From positions 32,001 through 96,000 of the forward strand of contig JAWLHR010000009.1 of NCBI GenBank assembly GCA_041690295.1: a DNA stretch of 64,000 nucleotides, given 5' to 3'. The notes beneath the pieces are model-generated. The model saw only the letters and a program-made list of their open reading frames with translations, did no database searches and was not told where the DNA came from. How positions within the stretch are numbered: position 1 is the first letter of the stretch; every line of letters begins with the position of its first letter. The position numbers and the translations under genes were made by a program. Shown in pieces: positions 8,443 to 21,507 of the stretch. Origin of the DNA: Bdellovibrionales bacterium (GTDB taxonomy: Bacteria > Bdellovibrionota > Bdellovibrionia > Bdellovibrionales > UBA1609).

Positions 8443-8938
8443 CTTTATCATCATCGCGCTTTCGGCGGTCGCGCACGCCGAGTGGAAAATCGATTTCTCC
8501 CGCCGTTTGCAGAACACGCGCACCCAGGATTTAAAGAGAGAACCGGCCAGTACCGAGTTTCCGGTGGAAGCGACGCCTTTTCAAAAGCCGCAGTCGCCCG
8601 GATTTTTTGAATCCCTTTTTCAGACCAGCGATATCGCCCAGGAAATCGTGGTGCTCCATACGGAACGCGGCTTCGTGCCGTCGACGCTTCAGTTGAAAAA
8701 AGGCCTGAACTACCAGATCCATGTGGTGAACGTGAATGAAAAGGAAAAGAATGTGAGCTTCGTGCTGGATTCGTTTTCCGAGCATCACGCCACGTACTTT
8801 GGAAAAATCAAAACGTTCGTGATCCGGCCGCAAAAAGAAGGTGTTTTCAAGTTCGTAAGCCCCGAGACTTCGGCGCAGGGGAAAGTGGTGGTTTATCCCG
8901 CTCAAGGGGCTGAAATCCGTTCTCCGGCCTCGGAGTAG
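8402..8938 (+). CDS. Secreted cupredoxin-fold protein
   Basis: Signal peptide (AHA); GFVPSTLQLKKG and P.KEGVFKFVSP...GKVVV cupredoxin pattern; start uncertain. Confidence 0.7.
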   Translation: MSMPTITRAKLCISFIIIALSAVAHAEWKIDFSRRLQNTRTQDLKREPASTEFPVEATPFQKPQSPGFFESLFQTSDIAQEIVVLHTERGFVPSTLQLKKGLNYQIHVVNVNEKEKNVSFVLDSFSEHHATYFGKIKTFVIRPQKEGVFKFVSPETSAQGKVVVYPAQGAEIRSPASE

Positions 8939-8947
8939 GGGAGCGCG

Positions 8948-10063
8948 ATGTCGCAGGACAAAGTCACCGTTTTCGTTAACTCGATTAAAACCTTCCTCGC
9001 TCCCATCTGGCCGCTCCTGGAAGACGAGAAAGTCACCGAAGTCATGGTCAATCGCCATGACGAAGTTTGGGTCGAAATCAGAGGAAAGATCCAAAAAACG
9101 GACGCGAAGTTCAAAGACGAGGACGCTCTCCGCTCGGCGGTCAACAACATCGCTCAAAGCGTGGGTCGCCGGATCACTGATGAGGAGCCGCGGCTCGACG
9201 CCCGCTTGCCTAACGGTTTTCGGGTGGCGGCGGTGATTCCGCCGTGTTCGCGAAAAGGCACGACGGTGGCCATCCGGAAATTCGCCACCGTGCAATTCAC
9301 CTTCAAAGATTACATCACGTTGGGCGCCATGACCGGGGACGCGGCGCAATTTCTCGATATCTGTATCAAGCTCGGTAAAAACATTCTCGTCAGCGGCGGC
9401 ACCGGCTCCGGTAAAACCACATTGCTCTCGGTGCTTTCCAATCGCATCCCTCGCGGGCAACGCCTGATCGTGATCGAGGACTCCAGCGAATTGAAAGTGG
9501 ATTACGAACATGTGGTGTTCTTTGAAACCCAGATGCCGGATGAACAAGGAAACGGTGAGGTCACCATCCGCGATCTCCTGAAGAGCAGCTTGCGTCTTCG
9601 TCCCGACCGCATCATCGTGGGTGAGGTCCGCGGCGCCGAAGCGCTGGAACTGATTCAAGCCATGAACACCGGCCATAAAGGATGTATGGGAACCATCCAC
9701 GCCAACTCGGCCGAAGACGCCCTTGTTCGTTTGGAAGCTCTCGCTCAGGGGGGAGACGCTCAATTAAGTGAAAAGGCGCTGCGGCACCAAATCGCATCGG
9801 CCATCGACATTGTGGTACAGATTTCCCGCTACCCCGATGGATCGCGCCGCTTGACCAGCATTTCCGAAGTTTTGGGTTTCACCGAGGATCGTGAATACAA
9901 TGTGGTCCCCATTTATGAGATCCCGCGACTTATCAAACAGCCTGACGGGAAGTTAAAAGGGGAAATTCAACCCACGGGCGAGATTCCCAGCTTCATGGTT
10001 GAAATCGAGGACAACGCGATCCCGTTTCCGCGCAGCAAGTTCACCAAACCGCAAGCGGCCTAG
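8948..10063 (+). CDS. cpaF: CpaF/TadA-family secretion ATPase
   Basis: [51 protein letters not shown]...TIHANS. Confidence 0.92.
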   Translation: MSQDKVTVFVNSIKTFLAPIWPLLEDEKVTEVMVNRHDEVWVEIRGKIQKTDAKFKDEDALRSAVNNIAQSVGRRITDEEPRLDARLPNGFRVAAVIPPCSRKGTTVAIRKFATVQFTFKDYITLGAMTGDAAQFLDICIKLGKNILVSGGTGSGKTTLLSVLSNRIPRGQRLIVIEDSSELKVDYEHVVFFETQMPDEQGNGEVTIRDLLKSSLRLRPDRIIVGEVRGAEALELIQAMNTGHKGCMGTIHANSAEDALVRLEALAQGGDAQLSEKALRHQIASAIDIVVQISRYPDGSRRLTSISEVLGFTEDREYNVVPIYEIPRLIKQPDGKLKGEIQPTGEIPSFMVEIEDNAIPFPRSKFTKPQAA

Positions 10064-10142
10064 CGGTTAACGCACCATGACTGCGCGCCGCAACTAATTT
10101 CGGCTTTTGCACCAAAGTCCAGTGTGAGCTACAAATAGTAGA

Positions 10143-13540
<3,398 letters not shown>

Positions 13541-13552
13541 ACCATAGGGGGT

Positions 13553-13568
13553 TGCAATCGAGGCACCA
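13553..13568 (-). promoter_or_regulatory. sigma54-type -24/-12 promoter TGGTGC-N5-TTGCA
   Basis: GG-N10-GC spacing, ending about 13 nt before ATG13540. Confidence 0.55.
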
Positions 13569-13694
13569 AAACTTAGTTTTCTTAAGCGATTGAGAGGGGT
13601 TAGGCGCGTTCAAAGACACTAAAACCTATACGCCTGTCGAGGCCTTGGCCACAAATCTGGACCAAATAACAGCTCGGGGCCGTGATAACCTGAT

Positions 13695-14021
13695 ATGGTG
13701 AAGAGCTTCCTGATCGGATTCTTTCGCGGTCTCAACCTTCTGCTCCATAACCCCTCAAAAGTGATTTGGATTTGTCTCGGATTGATACTGGTCAATCTGA
13801 TCGTGGACGGGTCGATATTCAGACTCGTTCGCCTCTATAAAGACCAAGAGAAAATTCAAGCGCAAATGAGTCAGCTCAACGGCCGATTGGCCGAGTTGAA
13901 ATCCCGACTCAAGCGCGCCCGCGACCCGGCCTTCATGGAAAAAGAGGCCCGGGACCGCTTTGATTTGGTGAGCAAGGGTGACCTTGTCTTCGTTTTTTCA
14001 GAAGAGGAGGCGCCCGATTAA
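13695..14021 (+). CDS. ftsB: Septum formation initiator, FtsB/DivIC family
   Basis: TM plus coiled coil; MEKEARDRFDLVSKGD; near eno. Confidence 0.8.
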   Translation: MVKSFLIGFFRGLNLLLHNPSKVIWICLGLILVNLIVDGSIFRLVRLYKDQEKIQAQMSQLNGRLAELKSRLKRARDPAFMEKEARDRFDLVSKGDLVFVFSEEEAPD

Positions 14022-14035
14022 TCAAGGAGGAACAA

Positions 14036-14245
14036 GTGGTTACAGGACGGATCAAATGGTTCAATGCCTTCCAAAGTTACGGATACATTGTTCTCTGGGA
14101 CGGCACAGAAGTTTACTTTCATGCCAGCGGATTACGCAACGCTCGAACCCTCGATCATCTAAATCCTGGAACTGACGTGGCCTTTGACCTCATCCAAACC
14201 CGCTCTGGAATGGAAGCGCAGAACGTCGAGGTTTTAGCTGGATAA
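14036..14245 (+). CDS. Cold-shock domain protein
   Basis: GRIKWFN...YGYI, VYFHAS; AGGAGG RBS. Confidence 0.9.
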   Translation: MVTGRIKWFNAFQSYGYIVLWDGTEVYFHASGLRNARTLDHLNPGTDVAFDLIQTRSGMEAQNVEVLAG

Positions 14246-14265
14246 GACTCAAAAATTGCAATAAT

Positions 14266-14302
14266 CTTCCTGGGCTGCCTTGTTTTTAGGCGGCCCGGGA
14301 AG
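14266..14302. terminator. 15-bp GC-rich hairpin between the csp and HTH genes (no U-tract)
   Basis: CTTCCTGGGCTGCCT-N7-AGGCGGCCCGGGAAG, with two G-U pairs. Confidence 0.55.
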
Positions 14303-14317
14303 GGGAAAGTCGGGAAA

Positions 14318-14599
14318 ATGGATCTCAACCACCGTGAAATTCGAACTCTTCGCCAGCGCTTGGGTTGGTCATTGGCCGAGATGGCCCGTCACATGGGTTG
14401 CACCACGCAAATGGTTCAAGCCTGGGAAGATGGCACGGCTCAACCGGATCCCGAAGTGATGAACCAGCTGCACTACTTGAATTTTCACGTGGATCGAAAA
14501 AGCCATATGGTCGCGCAGATTCCTCTCGCCGAAAAAGAAATGGAATCGCGCGGAGTGGCTCAGCTCACACATCGTGACCTTCTAAAGGATATCCAGTAA
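14318..14599 (+). CDS. XRE-family helix-turn-helix protein
   Basis: IRTLRQRLGWSLAEMA..MG....VQAWEDG...P. Confidence 0.85.
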   Translation: MDLNHREIRTLRQRLGWSLAEMARHMGCTTQMVQAWEDGTAQPDPEVMNQLHYLNFHVDRKSHMVAQIPLAEKEMESRGVAQLTHRDLLKDIQ

Positions 14600-14611
14600 G
14601 ACCTACAATTG

Positions 14612-17158
14612 ATGAAAAGTCTCTACCTCGTCGACGCGAGCAATATGTTCTTTCGCGCGTTTTTCGCCATTCCGCCGATGACCAGCCCCAAGGGTCTTCC
14701 CACGAACGCGCTTTACGGTTTCCTCTCCATGTCACTCAAGCTCATGCGCGAGGTGCGGCCCGATTATCTTGTTTACTGCTTTGACCTGCCGGAACCATCA
14801 TTCCGCTCCGAGATTTATCAGGACTACAAAGCGCACCGTGATGAAATGCCCGACAATTTGTCGCCCCAGGTTCCCTATCTGAAGCAGCTCACGGAACTGC
14901 TCGGGATCGTCCACGTGGAGGTTCCCGGGTATGAAGCCGATGATGTGATCGGCAGTCTGGCGATGAAAGCCGTCCGCGAAAAAGTTCAGGCGGTGATCGT
15001 CAGCGGTGACAAGGATTTCGCGCAACTGGTGCGCCCCGGAATTTCGCTTTACGACACCATGAAGAACGTGCGCACGGATGTGGACGGGGTGAAGGAGAAG
15101 TTCGGCATTCGCCCCGATCAAATGATCGATTACCTGGCGATGGTCGGTGATGCCAGTGATAACGTTCCGGGTGTGCGCGGGATCGGCCCGAAGGGCGCGT
15201 GCAAGCTCCTGAACGAATTCGATACGCTCGACGGTATTTACGCCAATATTGATAAGATCAAGGGCGCCACGAAAACCAAATTATTAGAGGGAAAAGAAGA
15301 CGCGTTTCTTTCGCGCAAACTCGTGACCATCGTCACCGATGTTGATGTGAAAGTGGAGCTTGAGGATCTCAAGCTCAAGCCGCTTCAGCGGGAACCGCTG
15401 CGCGCGCTCCTTCAGGAGCTGGGCTTTAAGAGTTTCGAACGCACTCTTTTCAGTGAAAACGGCGGGGAGCCACCGCCGGCCAAGGCACCTGTCGGGCCCG
15501 TTAAAAAAGCAAAGGCTCCGAGAAAAGCCACTCAACAGGCGCTGTGGGAAGAAGTCGAAGTTTCCTGCGACGAGCTTCGTAAACTGGTTCAACCTTATTC
15601 CGAAATTTGGGGGTTGCTCAGCGAGCGCGGACTTTATCTGGGTTACAATGGCCGGGTTTTGCGAGTTCCCGCCGATGAAAAAGAAATCGGAATCTGTCTC
15701 GCGCAAAAGCACCTCTGCTGGAAGGGTTTTGACGTTAAACAGGTGATCAAGGCGCTCAATTTGCCGCTGGCCAAAGTGGAGTGGGACGCCATGCTGGCCG
15801 CGTACGTGGTTCGCGCCGAGCAAATCGGAACCTTCGAAGACGTCTTTGAGGAGCATTGCGGGCGGAAAATTCCCGATCTGGCTTCGCCGTCGGATTACAT
15901 GCGCGCCCACCTGGAACTCGAAGAATGCCTGATGGAAAAACTCAAGGAACGTGAAGGCTTCAAGGTGTTCCGCGAATTGGAATTGCCGCTTGTTCCGGTG
16001 CTCGCCAGTATGGAATTGCGCGGAGTGAAGATTGATTTCGAGGAACTCAAACGCCAAAGTCAGGAACTGGCCACCGATATCCGGCGTCTTGAAAAGGAAA
16101 TTCATCAGGCGGCGGGAATCGAGTTCAACGTGGGCAGCCCCAAACAACTGGCGCAGGTGCTCTTTGAACGCCTTAAGCTGCCGACCGCGCGTAAAACGAA
16201 AACCGGATTTTCCACCGATAGCGACGTGCTTGAAGGTTTGAAAGACAAGCACCCCATCGCCGCTTTGATTCTGGAATATCGCGAACTCACCAAATTGAAG
16301 AGCACCTATGTCGACGCGATTCCCGCGCTGGCGGGTCACGACGGACGGGTGCACACGAGCCTGAATCAGGCCGCCACCACAACGGGCCGGTTGTCGTCGG
16401 CGTATCCCAATCTTCAGAATATTCCCATTCGCACCGAACGCGGGCGGCTCGTGCGCAAGGCTTTTGTTTGTGATGAAGGCAGTTGTTTGATTTCCGCCGA
16501 CTATTCTCAAATCGAACTTCGCGTGCTCGCTCACATCACCGAAGATCCGGGATTGGTGGCCGCGTTCAACGCGGATTTGGACATTCACCGGGCCACGGCC
16601 AGCGAAGTTTTCGGAGTGAAACTTGAAGACGTCACCGATGAACAGCGCCGGATCGCCAAGGCGGTGAACTTCGGTTTGGCCTACGGCCAAAAAGCGATGG
16701 GGCTGGCCGATACATTGGGCATCTCACGGCAAGAGGCGACGGAAATTATCGATCGTTACTTTAAACGTTTCTCCCGGGTCAGGGACTACATGGAAAATGT
16801 GGTGCGTGAGGGAATGGAAAAAGGTTACGTGGAAACCCTTTTCGGTCGTCGTCGCTACATCGACGAGCTGCGGTCGCAAAATCCCATGATCCGGCGGGCG
16901 GGAGAGCGGGCGGCCATCAATGCGCCCATCCAAGGCACGGCCAGCGATCTTGTTAAACTGGCCATGATTAAATTGCATGACAGTCTTCCCATTTCACTTC
17001 TCTTGCAAGTGCACGACGAATTGCTCTTTGAATGTCCGATCGACGAGTCCGAAGAATACGCCCAGGACATCAAATCGATCATGGAATCCATTTATCCTTT
17101 GAAGATTCCCCTGAAAGTGAACGTGGGTAAGGGGCTCAACTGGGACGACGCCCACTAA
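14612..17158 (+). CDS. polA: DNA polymerase I
   Basis: 5'-3' exonuclease motifs (LVDA, EADD, GDKD, GDASDN); polymerase motifs DYSQIELR, KAVNFG, VHDEL. Confidence 0.97.
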   Translation: MKSLYLVDASNMFFRAFFAIPPMTSPKGLPTNALYGFLSMSLKLMREVRPDYLVYCFDLPEPSFRSEIYQDYKAHRDEMPDNLSPQVPYLKQLTELLGIVHVEVPGYEADDVIGSLAMKAVREKVQAVIVSGDKDFAQLVRPGISLYDTMKNVRTDVDGVKEKFGIRPDQMIDYLAMVGDASDNVPGVRGIGPKGACKLLNEFDTLDGIYANIDKIKGATKTKLLEGKEDAFLSRKLVTIVTDVDVKVELEDLKLKPLQREPLRALLQELGFKSFERTLFSENGGEPPPAKAPVGPVKKAKAPRKATQQALWEEVEVSCDELRKLVQPYSEIWGLLSERGLYLGYNGRVLRVPADEKEIGICLAQKHLCWKGFDVKQVIKALNLPLAKVEWDAMLAAYVVRAEQIGTFEDVFEEHCGRKIPDLASPSDYMRAHLELEECLMEKLKEREGFKVFRELELPLVPVLASMELRGVKIDFEELKRQSQELATDIRRLEKEIHQAAGIEFNVGSPKQLAQVLFERLKLPTARKTKTGFSTDSDVLEGLKDKHPIAALILEYRELTKLKSTYVDAIPALAGHDGRVHTSLNQAATTTGRLSSAYPNLQNIPIRTERGRLVRKAFVCDEGSCLISADYSQIELRVLAHITEDPGLVAAFNADLDIHRATASEVFGVKLEDVTDEQRRIAKAVNFGLAYGQKAMGLADTLGISRQEATEIIDRYFKRFSRVRDYMENVVREGMEKGYVETLFGRRRYIDELRSQNPMIRRAGERAAINAPIQGTASDLVKLAMIKLHDSLPISLLLQVHDELLFECPIDESEEYAQDIKSIMESIYPLKIPLKVNVGKGLNWDDAH

Positions 17159-17793
17159 TCGCGTTCCCAACCCACCACGCGGCCGCCTTCGAAATACACG
17201 ATACGCATTTCTTTCTGATAACCATCGGCGCCGGAGACGTAGCGGTGATATTTCCAACGTTCAAAACCGTAAATGGGATTGCCGGCGACTTCCACCGCGT
17301 CGGGATCGCCCCAACTTTCCATCACCGCTTTTTGAGTCATGCCCAAGGCGATGTCTTTGGCCTCGATCGTTTGCGCGATTTCCTCGGTGTACGCCTCGTC
17401 TTTCTGTCCCAGTCCGCGGCTGGCGGCCCAGCGCTCGCGGGCTTCATAGGTGGGAAGCGAAAGAAAATAAATTCGTTCGCGGTCATTCTTCAGGTGTGAG
17501 CGTATATCGTAGTACTGTTTCTTTTCTCGTTTCGTCGCCAACCGGGCTTCCATTCGTTTCAGACGGATGCGCAGTTCAAGCGCGACTCTTTCGTTATCCT
17601 CGAGAGGACGTCCCATGAGCCCGAGTTCTTCGCGCGCCTGATCTTGCATGTGCATTCTTCGTTGTTCGTAAAGGCTGTCCGGTCCGGAGATCGCGGATGA
17701 ATCATAACTATAGGCGTATCCGCTGCGCGCGTCCCGTTCGATCAGGGCGCAAGCCGAAAGTCCAAGGCTCAATAATATAACGAGAGTTTTCAT
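17155..17793 (-). CDS. Lipoprotein with C-terminal SmpA/BamE-like small domain
   Basis: Lipobox LSAC; IALGMTQKAV..SWGDP...ERWKY...VYFEGGRVVGW; GGAGG RBS. Confidence 0.75.
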   Translation of the reverse strand: MKTLVILLSLGLSACALIERDARSGYAYSYDSSAISGPDSLYEQRRMHMQDQAREELGLMGRPLEDNERVALELRIRLKRMEARLATKREKKQYYDIRSHLKNDRERIYFLSLPTYEARERWAASRGLGQKDEAYTEEIAQTIEAKDIALGMTQKAVMESWGDPDAVEVAGNPIYGFERWKYHRYVSGADGYQKEMRIVYFEGGRVVGWERD

Positions 17794-17867
17794 CCGTGAT
17801 CCTCCCCGGTGCTGACATCCTTTTCGGTTCAAATTGAGAAAATTTAAGTCCATACTGAGAGTACGTT

Positions 17868-18764
17868 ATGACCAAAGGCGAAGAGGTCCCGCTAGAGGAC
17901 ATCGACAAACTGATTTCCCAGGAAGATCCGGAGTTCGCGCAGACTTTGGAAGAGGTTCGTAACGTCGAGGTCGACACAAACGTCGTGATCGAGGCGTCGG
18001 CGATCGATGAGTCCGAAGAACCGGCCGCCGAACCTCCGGAGAAACAAGGGATCGTGGCGCGAACCATTCATCGCGTACGGCAGTCCTTGGTGAATTTCCG
18101 CGTGGCGCTTCGCCTGCGCCTCATTCAGCTCGGCAAGGACATTCTGATTTTCCTCAAGACCCAGCCCAAAGAATTCGCCCGTTATCTCTGGGCGAAACTC
18201 AAGTATTTGGGCCGTCAGTCTTTGGTCCCCATTGTCGCGTTCATGCAGGCCTCCCGCCTGCAACAATTGAGCATACTTGTTTTGATCGCCATGCTGGCGG
18301 GAGTGATTTGGACGTTTCGCGCCAATTTGCAAGGAATTTGGATCCCCCATTTGACCAAGCCGATTCTCACTTCACTTGAGAACCATGCCGATTTGGTTGA
18401 GCGCTTCGATCCCAAGGACGGTGCGGAAAGTTTTTATTCCGCGTTTCCCCAGGAGCGGCACGAATTTCTCTTTGAAAAATTCAGAGTGAATTTAAAACGG
18501 ACCGAAGAAAACCCCTGGCCCATGGGAGCCTTTGAGGTCATCGTGGAAGTGGATTCCAAAGACACGGCGGTGGAGGTGAGGGATCGTGAGGTTGAGTTTC
18601 ACGATCTCATTCAACGGATTTTTGAAGAAGAAACCTACAACGATCTGGCTTCGGATCTTGGAAAGGCGCGATTGAAGTCACGGATTAAACGTGAGCTGAA
18701 TCAGCACTTAACGCAAGGTTGGACCAAAGAGGTCAACTTTCGCACCTTTATTCTCAAACCTTAG
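17868..18764 (+). CDS. fliL: FliL-family protein with long N-terminal extension
   Basis: TM followed by FRVNL...L.SDLGKARLK..IKRELN..L...KEVNF. Confidence 0.75.
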   Translation: MTKGEEVPLEDIDKLISQEDPEFAQTLEEVRNVEVDTNVVIEASAIDESEEPAAEPPEKQGIVARTIHRVRQSLVNFRVALRLRLIQLGKDILIFLKTQPKEFARYLWAKLKYLGRQSLVPIVAFMQASRLQQLSILVLIAMLAGVIWTFRANLQGIWIPHLTKPILTSLENHADLVERFDPKDGAESFYSAFPQERHEFLFEKFRVNLKRTEENPWPMGAFEVIVEVDSKDTAVEVRDREVEFHDLIQRIFEEETYNDLASDLGKARLKSRIKRELNQHLTQGWTKEVNFRTFILKP

Positions 18765-20040
18765 AGAACAATTCATCGATATTGATTTTGTACTCCTTGA
18801 TCCGGTCATGGAGCGTGCTTTTTGGTATTCCCAGTTCCGCGGCGGTTCGCCGCTGGTTTCCGCGATTGGCGATGAGACGATTGCGGATCATGTCTATTTC
18901 CATTTCCTTAAGCAAAGAACGGCTCGCGGATAAGGTCCCTTCGGTCTTCTGTCGTTCGCCGCTGACCAAAGTGTCGATCAGGCGTGGGATGAGGTCCGCT
19001 TGCACTTCATCGCCACCGGAGTAGGCTTTGGCGCGGGCCACGACATTTTTCAGTTCACGGATATTGCCCGGCCAGGTGTGCGACTTGAGTCGTTGAATCG
19101 CGGCGAAGGAGAAACGCACCTTCATTTCGCGGGCGAAGTGGTAAAGCAGGTCGTCAAAGTCTTCCATGCGTTCCACCAACGCCGGCACCTGAACGTGAAT
19201 GACATGGAGACGGAAATAAAGGTCCGAGCGGAATTTGTTTTCCAGCGCCATTCGTTTCAAATCGCGGTGGGTGGCCGCGATCACGCGAACGTCGGTGGTG
19301 ACGGAGCGATCACTTCCCACGGGTCGGATTTGATTGTTTTCCAAAGCCCGCAGCAGCTTGGGTTGCAGATTGAGGGGAAGGTCGCCGATTTCATCCAGGA
19401 ACAGGGTTCCGCCGCGGGCCGCTTCGAACGCGCCCTTGCGATCGCCGCTGGCACCCGTGAAAGAGCCTTTCACATGGCCGAAGAGTTCGCTTTCAACCAG
19501 CGATTCACTGAGAGCGCTGCAATTCACGCTGACAAATGGTCCACCGGCGCGATCAGAGAGAAGGTGAAGATTTTGGGCGAGAACATCCTTACCCGAACCC
19601 GACGGTCCAAGGAGAAGCACGGGAAAATCGCTGCGGGCGATTCCGGGAAACTGCGCGAGCTGTTCATTCCAGCGTGGATTTTTACTGGTGAGAGCGGTCA
19701 CATCGAATTTATCTTGGCAACTGGTGAACTTGATTTCAGTTCGTCCGATCGAGAAGCGATCGCCATCGGCCAACACGGCTTCAAGGACGCGAGCGTTGTT
19801 CAAGCAAGTGCCGTTTCGGCTGCGCATATCCTTGAGAACGAAGACGTCACCGCGACGCTCGATTCTCGCGTGGCGTCCCGATACGAACTCATCGTCAAGC
19901 ACAATATGATTGCTGATATCCCGCCCGATCGTGATGAATTCTCCGATTTCAGCCTGATGGGATGTGCCGCGGGCGTCACGCCAGAAAATATAGCCGGACG
20001 ACATTTTCGAATGATTCGCTCCAAGTGTGCGTGTGGTCAT
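18754..20040 (-). CDS. FHA-domain sigma54-dependent enhancer-binding protein (Fis-type HTH)
   Basis: FHA (IGR, SGRHA, SRNGT); [36 protein letters not shown]-terminal HTH. Confidence 0.93.
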   Translation of the reverse strand: MTTRTLGANHSKMSSGYIFWRDARGTSHQAEIGEFITIGRDISNHIVLDDEFVSGRHARIERRGDVFVLKDMRSRNGTCLNNARVLEAVLADGDRFSIGRTEIKFTSCQDKFDVTALTSKNPRWNEQLAQFPGIARSDFPVLLLGPSGSGKDVLAQNLHLLSDRAGGPFVSVNCSALSESLVESELFGHVKGSFTGASGDRKGAFEAARGGTLFLDEIGDLPLNLQPKLLRALENNQIRPVGSDRSVTTDVRVIAATHRDLKRMALENKFRSDLYFRLHVIHVQVPALVERMEDFDDLLYHFAREMKVRFSFAAIQRLKSHTWPGNIRELKNVVARAKAYSGGDEVQADLIPRLIDTLVSGERQKTEGTLSASRSLLKEMEIDMIRNRLIANRGNQRRTAAELGIPKSTLHDRIKEYKINIDELFSKV

Positions 20041-20064
20041 ACGCTCCTCCTGGCCGGCATTAAA

Positions 20065-20079
20065 TCAATGGGCATGCCA
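20065..20079 (-). promoter_or_regulatory. sigma54-like promoter TGGCAT-N5-TTGA of the activator gene
   Basis: Good -24 box, non-canonical -12 (GA); AGGAGGAG RBS downstream. Confidence 0.4.
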
Positions 20080-20173
20080 ACGTGAGGGTGCGTAAAATGG
20101 GTCCATTTGGTGTCCGGAATGTCCGGCGTTTCGGACTTTGTCCTTAGGGGCCGGACAGCTTAGTATGGGAACC

Positions 20174-20743
20174 ATGAAAGTTCGTTTTCTTAAAAGTGGG
20201 GTTAAACCGTCCGATTACCCCTTCCCCTATAAACCGGAAGTGGCCCTGGTGGGCCGGAGCAATGCCGGCAAATCGACTTTCATTAATGCCTTTTGCGGCC
20301 AGAAAGTCGCGAAAGTGAGTCAAACTCCGGGAAAAACCCGGCTTTTGAATTTTTTTGAAATCGGCGAGCAAGTTTACCTTGTGGATATGCCAGGTTACGG
20401 ATTCGCCACCGGAAATCGCGCCGAGATTGCCAGCTGGAAAGAAATGATTGAAAACTACCTCACTAGCCGGGAATCGTTGAAGGGCGTGATCTTGGTGATG
20501 GATATCCGCCGCGAATGGAGCGAGGACGAGGAACTGCTCAGGCGATATTTCGCGCATCACGGGATTCCATGGGCGCTAGTCCTCAGTAAAGCCGACAAGC
20601 TTTCGCGGTCGGCGGGCCAGCAACGGCAAAGGTTGGTGCAAAAAACATTAGGCACAGAGGTTCCGGTCTTCATCGTATCGGGGCAGAAGCGAGAAGGTAT
20701 CGAGCCGGTGAAGAATTTAGTTTTAAAGGAGTGGGCGAAATGA
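20174..20743 (+). CDS. engB: Ribosome biogenesis GTPase YihA/YsxC
   Basis: GRSNAGKS, PGKT, DMPGYG, SKADK; TTGTCC-N17-TAGTAT-N7-ATG promoter. Confidence 0.95.
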   Translation: MKVRFLKSGVKPSDYPFPYKPEVALVGRSNAGKSTFINAFCGQKVAKVSQTPGKTRLLNFFEIGEQVYLVDMPGYGFATGNRAEIASWKEMIENYLTSRESLKGVILVMDIRREWSEDEELLRRYFAHHGIPWALVLSKADKLSRSAGQQRQRLVQKTLGTEVPVFIVSGQKREGIEPVKNLVLKEWAK

Positions 20744-21471
20744 AAGCGATTGGTGTGATTCCGGCCCGGTTCGGTTCCACTCGATTTCCGGGAAAGCCGC
20801 TGAAAATCATCGCGGGCAAACCGCTTTTGCAATGGGTGATTGAAGGGGCTCGCGAAGCCCGAACACTCGATGAACTGTGGGTGGCCACCGATCATGAAGA
20901 CATATTCAATCTGGCCAGGGAGTTGGGTGTTAAAGCGGTGATGACTCCCAGTGAGTTGGCCAGCGGCAGTGACCGAGTCTTTCACGCCATCAAAGATGAA
21001 CCCGTCGATATCGTGGTGAATATTCAAGGCGATGAGCCCTTGATCACAGGGCAATTGCTTGATCAGCTGGTTTCGCCGTTGTTGGATGATCCGGATCTGC
21101 CCATGGCCACTTTGGCCCGCGGAATTCAAGCCGGCGACCTTGAAAACCGCAATACGGCCAAGATCGTTTTAAATGAAAAATCAGAGGCGATTTATTTCAG
21201 CCGCTTCCCCATCCCTTATTCGCGCGAGGACCGCGCCGAAGGCGAAGCCATTTGCGTCAAGCACATCGGGCTTTATGCATTCCGTAAGGATTTTTTGGCC
21301 AAGTTTTGCAGCCACGGTCCGACCGCCTTGGAGCGTGGCGAGGGCCTGGAACAGCTCAGAGCCCTTTATCTTGGCGCCCGCATTCGTGTGGTGCAGGTGG
21401 ACCATGAATCCTGGGGGGTGGATACGCCCGAGGACGTGAACAGAGTTGAGGATCTCCTCAGGCGCAAATAG
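20740..21471 (+). CDS. kdsB: CMP-Kdo synthetase
   Basis: IPARFGSTRFPGKPL, NIQGDEP, HIGLY, LEQLR. Confidence 0.96.
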   Translation: MKAIGVIPARFGSTRFPGKPLKIIAGKPLLQWVIEGAREARTLDELWVATDHEDIFNLARELGVKAVMTPSELASGSDRVFHAIKDEPVDIVVNIQGDEPLITGQLLDQLVSPLLDDPDLPMATLARGIQAGDLENRNTAKIVLNEKSEAIYFSRFPIPYSREDRAEGEAICVKHIGLYAFRKDFLAKFCSHGPTALERGEGLEQLRALYLGARIRVVQVDHESWGVDTPEDVNRVEDLLRRK

Positions 21472-21507
21472 TTGACGCAGTGGATAATTGGGCATAGCAT
21501 GCAATCG

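Noticed and set aside
14318..14599. XRE HTH as a prophage repressor or antitoxin
   Set aside because: No phage genes, integrase or toxin partner nearby
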